A stretch of DNA of 64,000 nucleotides from Acidobacteriota bacterium (GCA_003223555.1 QHVM01000085.1:92211-156210); one strand, 5' to 3'. Positions 1 to 9,752 are shown, counted from the stretch's first letter. Notes: generated by a model not told the origin, from the sequence alone. Numbers and translations: made by a program.

Positions 1-200
1 TGAACCACGGCGCGGTGCCGCACACGCTGGAGGACCTGGTGAGCGAAGGGCTGGTGGACCGCAGCTACCTGAAGGACCCCTGGGAGCGGCCCTTCCACTA
101 CGCGCTCACCGAGAGCGGCTACCTGCTGAGCGGAGTGGACGATACCGGCCGGACCACGCCGCCCGTGATCGAGAGGGTGCTTCCTCCCGAGAAGCCCTAG
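1..200 (+). CDS. 3' end of a type II secretion / type IV pilin-like pseudopilin (GspG-like); gene starts upstream of the window
   Basis: The frame is open to the window edge. The C-terminal motif LKDPWERPFHY...G.Y.L.S.G.D..G is typical of GspG pseudopilin C-termini. Stop TAG at 198-200. Confidence 0.55.
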   Translation, partial: NHGAVPHTLEDLVSEGLVDRSYLKDPWERPFHYALTESGYLLSGVDDTGRTTPPVIERVLPPEKP

Positions 201-213
201 AGGCCATCGCCCG

Positions 214-1149
214 ATGCAGGTGGTGCGCCTCGACTCCCTGGAGCCGCGCGGCTGGCCGGCGGCCGCGCTTGCGGTGGGGAACTTCGACGGTGTCCACCGT
301 GGCCATCAGGCGCTCGTGGCGCTGGCGGTGCGCGACGCGCGCGCGGCCGGCGGGACGGCGGTGGTGCTGACCTTCGACCCTCATCCTTCCCGGGTCCTCA
401 GCCCCGATCGCGCCCCCGCGAGCCTCATGACCCTCGGGCAGAAGGCGGAGGTCCTTTCGGGTCTCGGGGTCGACCGGCTGGCGGTGCTGCCCTTCACGGT
501 CGAGCTGTCCCGTCAGGAGCCGGAGGAGTTTGCCCGTCAGGTTCTGCAGTGCGCCCTGGGGGCGCGGGTGGTCGTGGTCGGGTCCAGCTTCCGCTTCGGC
601 CGGGGACGCGCCGGCGACCTCTCGACCCTGAGGCGGCTGGGTGACGAGCTGGTCTTCCGGGTCCACGGCCTGCGCCCGGTGATCGCCCTCGGCGGCCCGA
701 TCAGCAGCACCCGGATCCGGGAGGCGCTGTCGCGCGGCGCGGTCGATGCGGCCCGCGACTTCCTGGGCCGCCGGTTCTTCGTCGACGGCGTCGTGGTGAA
801 GGGAGAGGGCCGGGGCCGCCGGCTCGGGATCCCCACCGCCAACCTCGAGCTCCTCAACGAGACAGTGCCGGGGGGCGGGGTCTACGCGTGCTGGTGCCGC
901 GTGCTCGGCGACGCCTCGGCCGCGCGTGCGGCGGCGGTCAACGTCGGCCGCCGGCCCACCTTCGGGGGGGGCGAGATGACGGTCGAGGCCCACCTGCTGG
1001 AATACGAAGGGGACCTCTACGGGCGTACGCTCCGCGTGGAGTTCGAGCAGCGCCTGCGGGAGGAACGCGCCTTCCCCGGCCCCGAGGCCCTGGTGGCGCA
1101 GATCCGCAGCGACCTCGGCGAGGCGCGGCGGGTGCTGGGGTCGCCTTGA
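214..1149 (+). CDS. ribF: bifunctional riboflavin kinase / FMN adenylyltransferase
   Basis: N-terminal nucleotidyltransferase motif GNFDGVHRGHQ and C-terminal riboflavin kinase region (GRRLGIPTANL ... PTFGG ... EAHLL) over the full 311-aa length. Confidence 0.9.
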   Translation: MQVVRLDSLEPRGWPAAALAVGNFDGVHRGHQALVALAVRDARAAGGTAVVLTFDPHPSRVLSPDRAPASLMTLGQKAEVLSGLGVDRLAVLPFTVELSRQEPEEFARQVLQCALGARVVVVGSSFRFGRGRAGDLSTLRRLGDELVFRVHGLRPVIALGGPISSTRIREALSRGAVDAARDFLGRRFFVDGVVVKGEGRGRRLGIPTANLELLNETVPGGGVYACWCRVLGDASAARAAAVNVGRRPTFGGGEMTVEAHLLEYEGDLYGRTLRVEFEQRLREERAFPGPEALVAQIRSDLGEARRVLGSP

Positions 1150-1189
1150 CGCGTTATAGTCGCCCCATGCCGCATCCCTGGCCTCTCCG

Positions 1190-1555
1190 GTGAGCGAGCT
1201 GACCGTGGAGACGCGCGACGTCGAGGGGGTGACGCTCCTCTACCCCAGGGGCTTCATCAACGCCCACACCGTCCGCCAGTTCGAGGGGGAGATCCAGAAG
1301 GCGCTGGCGCAGGGCCACTTCAAGATCGTGGTCAGCTGCTCGGGCCTGGCCTACATCGCCAGCGCGGGCCTGGGCGCACTCATGGGAGCCATCGAGGAGA
1401 TCCGGGGCAACGGCGGCGACCTCCGCCTGGCCAACCTCAACGAGACCGTCCGCAACATCTTCGAGATCCTGGGCTTCAACCACCTCTATCGCATCTATCC
1501 TTCGGAGGTGGAGGCCATCACCAGCTTCCGCTCCGCGGGAGCGGCGGGGTGCTGA
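1190..1555 (+). CDS. STAS-domain anti-sigma-factor antagonist (SpoIIAA/RsbV-like)
   Basis: A 121-aa protein of STAS fold size with the SCSGLAYIASAGLGALMG motif. It sits immediately upstream of an RsbW-like kinase gene. Confidence 0.75.
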   Translation: MSELTVETRDVEGVTLLYPRGFINAHTVRQFEGEIQKALAQGHFKIVVSCSGLAYIASAGLGALMGAIEEIRGNGGDLRLANLNETVRNIFEILGFNHLYRIYPSEVEAITSFRSAGAAGC

Positions 1556-2055
1556 GGCCGGTGGCCCGCCGCGCGCCGCGCCGGTCGAACGTCGGAGAAG
1601 GAGCGGCGCCCGCCCCGCGCTCCGTCAAGGCCAGCCTCCGGCTGTCGATCCCGAGCCAGACGTCGTTCCTGGGCGTGGTGCGGGAGATCACGAAGAAGAT
1701 GGCGGAGTCGGCCGGCTTCTCGGCCGGCACCGCGGACCGGCTGGCCCTGGCGGTGGACGAGGCCGTCACCAACGTCATCGAGCACGCCTACCACGGCGCC
1801 GCGGACCGGGAGGTCGAGCTGCGCATCGAGGACCGGGGAGACGAGTTCCGGGTGGAGGTCGTCGACAGCGGGGCGTCGGTGGACCCCCGCGCCGTGCCGC
1901 GGGTGGACCTGCCGCGCTACGTCAGCGAGCGCCGCACCGGCGGCCTGGGCGTCCACCTGATGGAGAAGATCATGGACTCGGTGACGTTCCGGCGCTCGGC
2001 CCGGCGCAACGTCTGCTGCCTCGTCAAGCGCAAGGACTCGCCACCGGCCCGGTGA
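1549..2055 (+). CDS. anti-sigma regulatory factor, Ser-protein kinase (RsbW/SpoIIAB-like HATPase_c)
   Basis: Motifs AVDEAVTNVIEHAY and GGLGVHLM of the GHKL ATPase family. Overlaps the STAS gene stop. Exact start uncertain (GTG 1549 or 1561). Confidence 0.75.
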   Translation: MLRPVARRAPRRSNVGEGAAPAPRSVKASLRLSIPSQTSFLGVVREITKKMAESAGFSAGTADRLALAVDEAVTNVIEHAYHGAADREVELRIEDRGDEFRVEVVDSGASVDPRAVPRVDLPRYVSERRTGGLGVHLMEKIMDSVTFRRSARRNVCCLVKRKDSPPAR

Positions 2056-3824
2056 CCGTGAATACCCCCGTCGTCTACCAGTACCAGCGGGCCCTCGACG
2101 CCTTCCGACGCGAGGGAGGATCCTCGCCGCTGCTCAAGCGGATGTCGGAGCTCATCTCGCTGCTGGACCTCACCACCACGCTCAACTCCAGCCTTTCGGG
2201 GGCCGAGATCCTCGACGCCGCGCTCCTGATCGTGATGGGGGAGCTGCAAGCCACGCGCGGCGTTCTCCTCGTGCGGGCCGAGAGCGGGAGCTTCCGCGTC
2301 CAGGCCTCGCGGGGGCTGCCTCCGGGGGCGCCCGCTCAGGTGGAGCTGGGTCCGCTGGCGAGTCCGGAGGTGATCTTCCGCCGCCGGGGCGCGCACGAGG
2401 GGGTGTTCGAGGCCTGCGGCCTGGAGGTGCTCTGTCCCATCTTCAAGGCCGACCGGCCGATCGCCGTCCTGGGGCTGGGGCCACGCGCCGACGGCCGGCC
2501 CTTCGACGTGGAGGAGTCCTCCTTCCTGCAGAGCGTCGCCGCCTGCGCCGCCACTCCCATCGAGAACGGCCTCATCTACCACGAGCTGAAACGCGTGAAC
2601 CAGCGGCTGTCGGTCAAGGTCTTCCAGCTCCACAACCTCTTCGACCTCAGCCGCGAGCTGACCTCGAGCTTCGACGAAGAGGCGATCGAGACCCTCGTCG
2701 CCACGACGCTCATGGGCCACCTCATGGTCTCGCGCTGCGCCCTCTACCGGGCCGCCGAGGGCGGCCTGGTCGTCGCCCATGCGCGCGGCCTGCGCGGCGA
2801 CGAACTGGACCGCTCCATCCCGGCCGCCGAAGCCCGCGTGCTGCTCGGAGCGCTCCGCTCGCCTCTCCGGGTGGCCGAGCTGCCGCCGGGCGCTGCCCGC
2901 GAGCGGCTGGCCGCGGCGCGCATGGCCCTCCTGGTCCCGCTGGCGGCGGGGGAGTCGGTGCAGGGCTTCCTGGCCCTGGGCGAGCGCGTGTCGGGCCTGC
3001 CCTTCAGCGAAGAGGACCTCGAGTTCGCACTGACGCTGGCCCGCCAGGCGCTGGCCGCCCTCGAGAGCGTGCGGCTGCACCGGGTGCGCCTGGAGCAGCA
3101 ACGGCGCGACCGCGAGATGCAGATCGCGCGCGAGATCCAGCAGAGCCTCTTCCCCCGGTCGCGGCCCCCGGTCGCCGGCTTCGACCTGGCCGCGCTCAGC
3201 GATCCATGCCAGGAGGTGGGGGGCGACCATTACGATTTCATCCCCCTCGACGGCGGCCGGCTGGCCCTGGCGGTGGCGGACGTGTCGGGAAAGGGCGCCC
3301 CGGCGAGCATCCTGATGGCCTCGGTCCACGCCTCGCTGCGGGCCATGGCCGGATCGAGCCCGCCGGCGGCGCTGGTGGGGCGGCTCAACCGCTTCCTCCT
3401 CGCCAGCACCCAGGAGAACAAGTACGTGACGCTCTTCTACGCCGAGCTGGACCCGGCCGCCCGCCGCCTCGTCTACGTGAACGGCGGCCACGTGCCGCCC
3501 TGCCGGATCAGCGCCGATGGAGCGTGCGAGCGGCTGCTCGCCGGCGGGCCGGCCCTGGGCCTGCTCGAGCGCGCAGATTACGAAGCCGGCGTGACGGAGA
3601 TGGGAACGGGAGACGTGATGACGGTGGTGACCGACGGGGTGACCGAAGCCGCCTCTCCCGACGACCGTGAGTTCGGCGAGGAGGGGCTGCTTCGGGTGGT
3701 GCGCGCGAGCCGCCAGGAGGGAGCCGAGGCCATCCTGAACGCCCTCGTGCGGGCCGTGCACGCGTGGACGGGACCGGCCGGGTGCTCGGACGACCTGACC
3801 GCCCTCGTGCTGAAGGCCTCCTGA
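2052..3824 (+). CDS. GAF-domain PP2C-type Ser phosphatase (RsbU/SpoIIE family)
   Basis: N-terminal GAF-like regions and a C-terminal PP2C/SpoIIE core (GGDHYDFIPLDGGRLALAVADVSGKG ... VTDGVTEA). Completes a partner-switching trio with the two genes upstream. Confidence 0.8.
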   Translation: MTVNTPVVYQYQRALDAFRREGGSSPLLKRMSELISLLDLTTTLNSSLSGAEILDAALLIVMGELQATRGVLLVRAESGSFRVQASRGLPPGAPAQVELGPLASPEVIFRRRGAHEGVFEACGLEVLCPIFKADRPIAVLGLGPRADGRPFDVEESSFLQSVAACAATPIENGLIYHELKRVNQRLSVKVFQLHNLFDLSRELTSSFDEEAIETLVATTLMGHLMVSRCALYRAAEGGLVVAHARGLRGDELDRSIPAAEARVLLGALRSPLRVAELPPGAARERLAAARMALLVPLAAGESVQGFLALGERVSGLPFSEEDLEFALTLARQALAALESVRLHRVRLEQQRRDREMQIAREIQQSLFPRSRPPVAGFDLAALSDPCQEVGGDHYDFIPLDGGRLALAVADVSGKGAPASILMASVHASLRAMAGSSPPAALVGRLNRFLLASTQENKYVTLFYAELDPAARRLVYVNGGHVPPCRISADGACERLLAGGPALGLLERADYEAGVTEMGTGDVMTVVTDGVTEAASPDDREFGEEGLLRVVRASRQEGAEAILNALVRAVHAWTGPAGCSDDLTALVLKAS

Positions 3825-3827
3825 GGC

Positions 3828-5194
3828 ATGATCCTGCACAACACCCTCACCGGCCGGACCGAGCCCTTCGCCCCCGCCCTCCCGCCCCAAGTCCGGATGT
3901 ACGTCTGCGGCCTGACCGTGTACGGCCGGGGCCACATCGGCAACTACCGGTCCCTGGTCGCTACGGACCTCCTGCGCCGCACCCTGCGGTACAAGGGATG
4001 GCGGGTGAAGGAGGTCATGAACATCACCGACGTCGACGACCGGATCATCCAGCTCGGGAAGGCGTCCGGCAAGGACCTGCGCGGCTTCACCGCGGAGCAC
4101 ATCCGCTCCTTCGACGAGGACAGCGCCACGCTGCGCATGGAGCGGCCCGAGGTGGTCCCGCGGGCCACCGACCACATCCCGGACATGATCGGCCTCGTCG
4201 AGCGCCTCATCACCCGCGGCCACACCTACACCGCCGAGGGAAGCGTCTACTTCAAGATCGCGACCTTCCCCGAGTACGGCCGCCTGTCCCGCCTCGACGT
4301 GTCGGGGATCAAGGCCGGGGCGCGGGTGGACACCGACAAGTACGAAAAGGAGGACGCCCGGGACTTCGTCCTGTGGAAGGCCAAGGAGGACGAGCCGGAG
4401 TGGGCGCACTGGGACGCGCCCTTCGGCCGCGGCCGACCGGGGTGGCACCTCGAGTGCTCGGCGATGAGCATGAAGTACCTGGGCGAGACCTTCGACCTGC
4501 ATTGCGGCGGCGTCGACCTCATCTTCCCGCACCACGAGAACGAGATCGCCCAGAGCACCTGCGCCACGGGCAAACCCTTCGTGCGCCACTGGATGCACGT
4601 GACGCACCTGCTCGTCGACAACGAGACGATGTCGAAGAGCAAGGGAAACTTCTACACGATCCCGGACCTGCTGCAGCGCGGCCATCGGCCGGATGCGATC
4701 CGCTACCTGATCTGCGCGGCGCATTACCGCAAGCCCCTCAACTTCACGTGATCGACAAGGTCCACGGCTTCGTGCGCCGTCTGGACGAGATCGACCAGGA
4801 GGGTCCCCCGGCGCCGGCCGTCGAGAGCGCGGTGGCGAAGGCGCGCGAGGCCTTCGACCGCGCGCTGGAGGACGACCTGAACACGCCGGAGGCCCTGGCC
4901 GCCGTGCACGAGCTGGTCAACGAAGGCAACCGCCTGCTCGCGGAGGGCGCCCTGACGCGCGAGGGGGCGGCCCGGGTGCGCTCCCGGCTCGAGGCGATGG
5001 ATCAGGTCTTCGCGGTGCTTCTCCCGGGGGAGGACCGGCTCTCTCCAGAGGAGCAGGCCCTCTTCGACGCTCGCCAGGAGGCGCGGCGCAAGCGGGAGTT
5101 CCAGAAGGCCGACGAGCGCCGGAACGAACTGGAGGAGATGGGAGTGATCCTCGAGGACACGCCGAAGGGAACGCGGTGGCGGCGGAAGCACTGA
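3828..5194 (+). CDS. cysS: cysteinyl-tRNA synthetase, apparently interrupted by a 1-nt frameshift near 4749-4752
   Basis: The N-terminal two thirds (HIGN motif, class I catalytic core, KMSKS-like TMSKSKGN) are in the frame that stops at 4749-4751. The C-terminal anticodon-binding domain (DDLNTPEAL ... GVILEDTPKGTRWRR) continues in a second frame, represented by ORF 3764..5194. The junction is consistent with a single missing base. Confidence 0.85.
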
Positions 5195-5583
5195 AGGCGC
5201 TCGTCTCGCGCCTGGGCCGGGGCCCGCGCTCCGGTGGGCCGGGAGAGACGCTGGCCTGCCGCCACCTGGAAGGCCAGGGCTTCGTGATCCTGGCCCGGAA
5301 CTACCGCTGCCGGTCGGGCGAGGTCGACGTGGTGGCCCGCCACGGCGAGGCCACCGTCTTCGTGGAGGTGAAGGAGCGCCACGGCGCGTCGCACGGCGCG
5401 GGTTGCGACAGCGTGACCTTCGGCAAGCGCCGCCGCATCGTCCGCGCCGCGCGCTTGTACGCCGTGGCCCACGGCCTCGACGAGGCGCCGCTGCGCTTCG
5501 ACGTGGTGTCCATCGACTGGACGCAGGCCGGCGGGCCGCAGATCCGCCACGACCAGGGCGCCTTCAACGTCGACGGAGGCTGA
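5176..5583 (+). CDS. yraN: YraN-family (UPF0102) endonuclease
   Basis: Motif GEVDVVARHGEATVFVEVKER typical of YraN. GTG start overlapping the cysS end. Confidence 0.7.
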   Translation: MAAEALKALVSRLGRGPRSGGPGETLACRHLEGQGFVILARNYRCRSGEVDVVARHGEATVFVEVKERHGASHGAGCDSVTFGKRRRIVRAARLYAVAHGLDEAPLRFDVVSIDWTQAGGPQIRHDQGAFNVDGG

Positions 5584-5586
5584 GGC

Positions 5587-6153
5587 GTGAGGGAGCCAGT
5601 CTCGGCGGCGGCGCTCGTCGCATCCGCCGTCGCGTGCGCTGCGGTCGGCCTGGCCTGCCACCGCTCGCCGCCGGGCCCCGACGTGCCGGCCCTGCTGGCC
5701 CAGTTGAAGAGCGCCGATCCGGAAGTCCGCGGCAAGGCCAGCCTCGCCCTCATCCCGGTCGGCGAGCCGGCGGTTCCCGGGCTCATCGAGATGCTGAAGA
5801 GCGCCGAGCCCCAGCAGCGCGCAACCGCGGCCTCCACGCTCTTCGGCATGGGGCCCAGGGCCAGGGCGGCGGTGCCGGCCCTCGCGGACGCCCTCTCGGA
5901 TCCTGATCGGGAGATGCGGATGTCGGCCGCGATGGCGCTCGAGTCCATCGGCCCGGACGCGGCGCCGGCGGTCCTCGCGCTGGTGCGGGCCCTCAAGGAC
6001 CCCGAAGGGCTGGTCCGGCAACGGGCGGCCATCGCCCTCGGCAGCATCGGCCCGGGCGCGCGCGAGGCGCTGCCGGCCCTGCGGGAGGCGAGCCGCGTCG
6101 ACATCGTCCGGCCGGCGGCCGAGGAGGCGATCCAGAGGATCCAGGCTCGCTGA
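5587..6153 (+). CDS. HEAT-repeat (PBS-lyase type) lipoprotein
   Basis: Signal peptide with a lipobox-like VGLAC, followed by repeated units of the form ..AL..LKD.D..VR..AA.ALG.IG. Confidence 0.65.
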   Translation: MREPVSAAALVASAVACAAVGLACHRSPPGPDVPALLAQLKSADPEVRGKASLALIPVGEPAVPGLIEMLKSAEPQQRATAASTLFGMGPRARAAVPALADALSDPDREMRMSAAMALESIGPDAAPAVLALVRALKDPEGLVRQRAAIALGSIGPGAREALPALREASRVDIVRPAAEEAIQRIQAR

Positions 6154-6221
6154 GCCCGCGCCATGCACGACCCGTCGCCTGCTTGCGTTTCTCCGGGAGC
6201 AAGCGTACTGAAGGAGGACTG

Positions 6222-7826
6222 ATGCGCAGGCTTCGAGTCGCGATCCTGGACCTGCTGGAGAAGGGTCCCTGCCACTCCCTGTGGGCCCGGGTCATGGCGC
6301 CCAACTTTGCGAGCATCATGCCCCAGGTGATCGGCGTCTGGTGCGAGCAGGCCGGTCACGACGTCACCCTCGTCTGCTACACCGGCCGGGAGGACCTGGC
6401 CCGCGAGCTACCGGACGACACGGATCTGGTCTTCATCGCCTCCTACACGCAGACCGCCCACCTCGCCTACGCGCTGGCCAACGTCTACCGGCAGCGCGGG
6501 GCGGTGACGGCCCTGGGCGGGGCGCACGCGCGCTGCTACCCGCACGACGCGGCCCGGTACTTCGACTACGTCCTCGGGTTCACCGACCGGGCGATCGTCG
6601 ACGAGGTGCTGCGGGACTGCGCGCCCCATCGGCCCGCGGGATTGAGCCTTTCCGCCCGGCGGCAGCCCGCCCAGCTCCCGGGAGTCAGGGAAAGATGGAA
6701 GTTCATCGAGCCCACCATCGCCAGGGGGGCCGCCATCAAGATCATCCCCATGATCGGGAGCCTCGGCTGCCCCTACACCTGCAGCTTCTGCATCGACGCC
6801 ACGGTGGACTACCAGCCCCTGGACGCGGGCCAAATCCGCGACGACCTCCGTTTCCTGCTCGGGAAGCTCAAGCGGCCGATGGTGGGCTGGCACGATCCCA
6901 ACTTCGGCGTGCGGTTCGACGAGATCATGACCACCATCGAGGCCGCCGTCCCCGCCGATCGCATCGACTTCCTCGCCGAGAGCAGCCTGTCCCTACTCTC
7001 CGAGCCCCACCTGCGGCGGCTGCAGCGCAACGGGTTCAAGGCGATCCTGCCCGGGATCGAGTCCTGGTACTCGCTGGGCGGCAAGTCGAAGACCGGAAGC
7101 CTCACGGGCCTCGAGAAGGTGCGGCGGGTCTCGGACCACGTGAACACGATCCTGCGCTACGTGCCCTACGTCCAGGCCAACTTCGTGCTCGGCCTCGACG
7201 ACGACGCGGGCGAGGAGCCCTTCGAGCTGACCAAGCTCTTCGTCGACATGACGCCGGGCGCGTTCCCCGCCTATTCGCTGCTGTCCGCCTTCGGCCAGGC
7301 GGCGCCGCTCAACCTCGACCTGCAGCGCGACGGCCGCGTGCTCCCCACCCCCTTCCACTTCCTCGACAACAACCAGGCGACCAACGTCCGGCCCAAGAAC
7401 TACACCTGGCCCGCGCTCTACGACAACGTCATCGCCCTGCGGCGCCATTCGTTCTCCTGGCGCGTCATCGGGCGGCGGATGCGCGCGAACCGCGTCCCCA
7501 CCGCCCGGTGGATGAACGTCGTGCGGGCCGTGTCGGAGGAAGGCTTCGGCCGCATCCGCCACGACTCCATCGTCCGCCGGCTCCTCGACGACGACCGGTG
7601 CGTGCGCCGCTTCTTCGAGGGCGAGAGCGACGTCCTGCCCGCGTTCTACACGGATCGGGTCCGCAAGGACCTCGGGCCCTGGTGGGACGCCCTTCCCGAG
7701 GGCTCGCTGCGCCACGATCCCAACGCGTACCTCAAGGCATGCCAGGCGGCCCGGCCGCCCGGCCTCGAAGTCGCGCCGCCCCCGCCCGCCGCCCGTCCGC
7801 GCCCACCCCGGCCGTCGGCGCCGTGA
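6222..7826 (+). CDS. B12-binding-domain radical SAM protein (class B) with a long C-terminal extension
   Basis: N-terminal cobalamin-binding-like domain (RVAILDLL...), radical SAM CxxxCxxC (GCPYTCSFC), then about 250 aa of extra C-terminal sequence. Perfect RBS AAGGAGG 5 nt upstream of ATG 6222. Confidence 0.8.
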   Translation: MRRLRVAILDLLEKGPCHSLWARVMAPNFASIMPQVIGVWCEQAGHDVTLVCYTGREDLARELPDDTDLVFIASYTQTAHLAYALANVYRQRGAVTALGGAHARCYPHDAARYFDYVLGFTDRAIVDEVLRDCAPHRPAGLSLSARRQPAQLPGVRERWKFIEPTIARGAAIKIIPMIGSLGCPYTCSFCIDATVDYQPLDAGQIRDDLRFLLGKLKRPMVGWHDPNFGVRFDEIMTTIEAAVPADRIDFLAESSLSLLSEPHLRRLQRNGFKAILPGIESWYSLGGKSKTGSLTGLEKVRRVSDHVNTILRYVPYVQANFVLGLDDDAGEEPFELTKLFVDMTPGAFPAYSLLSAFGQAAPLNLDLQRDGRVLPTPFHFLDNNQATNVRPKNYTWPALYDNVIALRRHSFSWRVIGRRMRANRVPTARWMNVVRAVSEEGFGRIRHDSIVRRLLDDDRCVRRFFEGESDVLPAFYTDRVRKDLGPWWDALPEGSLRHDPNAYLKACQAARPPGLEVAPPPPAARPRPPRPSAP

Positions 7827-8007
7827 TGCCTCGCCGGTGACGGCCCATCCGGTCGCCCGCCACATTCCCCTCCCCACCGAGGGCGACCGCGGGCCTCGAC
7901 GGCGGCCCGCTTGATCACACCTGTCCTGCTCGTCGCCACTCGGGTGGACCCGATTCCAGCGCGCCAGGATCAGAGGCCGCCCAACAACTCCAGGAGGTGC
8001 CACGAGC

Positions 8008-8610
8008 ATGCGCCATCGCTTCGTGCTCTTCTCCATTGCGGTCCTCCACTCGCTCGCGATTCCGCTGCTCGCGCAGGCCCCGCGCCCCTCCCCCAGGCCG
8101 CAGCCCCGTCCTCACGTCATGCGCGTGGACGTCGATCCGCGAACGATCGAGATCGACGACGGCGACTCGGTGGTGATCCACTGGTCCCGGGAAGACTCCG
8201 AGATCGTGCGCATCCTGGGGATCGACACGCCCGAGACGCGGCACCTCGAGCACGACATTCCCTACAGCCAGGAGTTCGGAGAGCAGGCCACCGCCTTCGC
8301 GCGCGGCGCCTTCGCCGTCGCCTCCCAGGTCGAGCTGCTTCGCGCGGCGACGCTCGATCCCTACGGCCGCACGCTCGGGTATCTGTTCCTGAACGGGCGC
8401 AACTACTCGGTGCTGGTGGTGAGGGCCGGGCTGGCGGAGGAGAGCGTGGGCCGTTACGGCGACAACGGCCTGCCGCGCGAGGCCGCCGACGTCCTGGCCG
8501 CGGCGAAGGCCGCCGGCCCGGTGCCGTTCCAGTCTCCCGCCGATTTTCGCAGCCGCATGCGTGATCTCTCGAGCTGGATGAAGGCGCGGGGCATCTACCC
8601 GGATCGATAG
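8008..8610 (+). CDS. secreted thermonuclease (staphylococcal nuclease / SNase-like)
   Basis: Signal peptide, then SNase motifs (GDSVVIHW ... RILGIDTPE ... DPYGRTLGY). Confidence 0.75.
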   Translation: MRHRFVLFSIAVLHSLAIPLLAQAPRPSPRPQPRPHVMRVDVDPRTIEIDDGDSVVIHWSREDSEIVRILGIDTPETRHLEHDIPYSQEFGEQATAFARGAFAVASQVELLRAATLDPYGRTLGYLFLNGRNYSVLVVRAGLAEESVGRYGDNGLPREAADVLAAAKAAGPVPFQSPADFRSRMRDLSSWMKARGIYPDR

Positions 8611-9433
8611 CGGACCCCCCGCTGCCCACACCTCGAGGCAGCGGGCCTCTCCCTTCTCCCGCGGCCGAAATAGCATACCCCCCTATGGGCTGTTCATCGC
8701 CCCGCGCGAGGCGGCCATCAGGTGCGCGGAGCCGGACCACTCTGCCTACACGCCTGAATCCCCTCGGCCGCGTTCATCCACGTCGTGCGGGATCACCGAC
8801 GAATGGCTTGGGGTCGATGACGAGCCACGGCTTCCGCTGCGCCCGAAGCACGTTTAGAGGGCGGAAGGGATGCGCCACGGGTGACCGCCACAGGCGACGC
8901 AGAAGACGTGCGATGACGAGATCCTGCTCTGACTCTGGCCGCGTTCGCAGCGGCGTCCCTGGCTCGCAACGCTCAAGAAGACTGGCGCCGAGGTCGTCGT
9001 CCGCCTCGTAGAGCCGCACCGTCGGGTGTCCGTTCCAGAAACGCAGGCGTCTTGCTGCACGTCATTGCGAGCCTTCGTGGAATGGTCAGCATGCGTTCAT
9101 CGTGACCGGGGCCGTCGCTGGCCGCCAGGAGGGCGCGGCGCCCGGGGATCTCCGACCGCTTCTTTCCTCCCGAAATGCCACTCGAAGCGGCTCTTGAGCA
9201 CGAGCCCCGGCCCTTGCCCTCCGATATCGAACGATGGGACAACACCGCCAAGACGGCGACACCGCAGACCTCGCGCACGCAGATCTCCTCCTGACTGACC
9301 GGGAACGCACCATGAGGTTCTTGTGGGTAACGGTCGAGCTAGAAGGGTGGTGGGGCGTAGCCGGCGCGAGGGCACCCATGGTTGCGGACCGCGTGGATCA
9401 CGCAGCCAATTGGCGGCCGGTGGGCGACCGTCA

Positions 9434-9508
9434 TGGAGCGGGAAACGGGATTCGAACCCGCGACTTCGACCTTGGCAAGGTCGCACTCTACCACTGAGTT
9501 ATTCCCGC
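9434..9508 (-). tRNA. tRNA-Gly (anticodon GCC)
   Basis: Reverse complement reads GCGGGAATAACTCAGTGGTAGAGTGCGACCTTGCCAAGGTCGAAGTCGCGGGTTCGAATCCCGTTTCCCGCTCCA. Cloverleaf with anticodon loop CTTGCCAAG and encoded CCA. Confidence 0.9.
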
Positions 9509-9641
9509 CCTTGCGCATGACCATCTTACGAACGGTGGCCGGACGCGTCAACCCCGTCCCGTCGATACCTGGCCGAGGGAGCGCCTCCCGCCAGAGGATC
9601 TTGATCGACCTTTCGCCTTCTTCTATAGTGGGTTCCTCCGG

Positions 9642-9717
9642 GGCGGCGTAGCCAAGTGGTTAAGGCGGAGGTCTGCAAAACCTCTACTCTCCGGTTCAAG
9701 TCCGGACGCCGCCTCCA
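9642..9717 (+). tRNA. tRNA-Cys (anticodon GCA)
   Basis: GGCGGCGTAGCCAAGTGGTTAAGGCGGAGGTCTGCAAAACCTCTACTCTCCGGTTCAAGTCCGGACGCCGCCTCCA. Acceptor GGCGGCG/CGCCGCC, anticodon loop CTGCAAA, encoded CCA. Confidence 0.9.
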
Positions 9718-9752
9718 GCCCTTCTCATCTTCGTAACACGAGGCGGCCTGCG

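Noticed and set aside
106-993. 295-aa minus-strand ORF
   Set aside because: It is antisense to ribF.
1917-4724. 935-aa ORF on the minus strand
   Set aside because: It is antisense to three well-supported plus-strand genes (the RsbW-like kinase, the PP2C phosphatase and cysS). The sequence is low-complexity and Arg/Gly/Pro-rich, as expected of stop-poor frames in about 70% GC DNA.
8774-9019. 81-aa minus-strand ORF (MRLYEADDDLGASLLERCEPGTPLRTRPE...)
   Set aside because: No motif is recognised, and it lies in a gene-poor stretch overlapped by other short ORFs. It is possibly a decayed fragment, with insufficient support for a CDS call.
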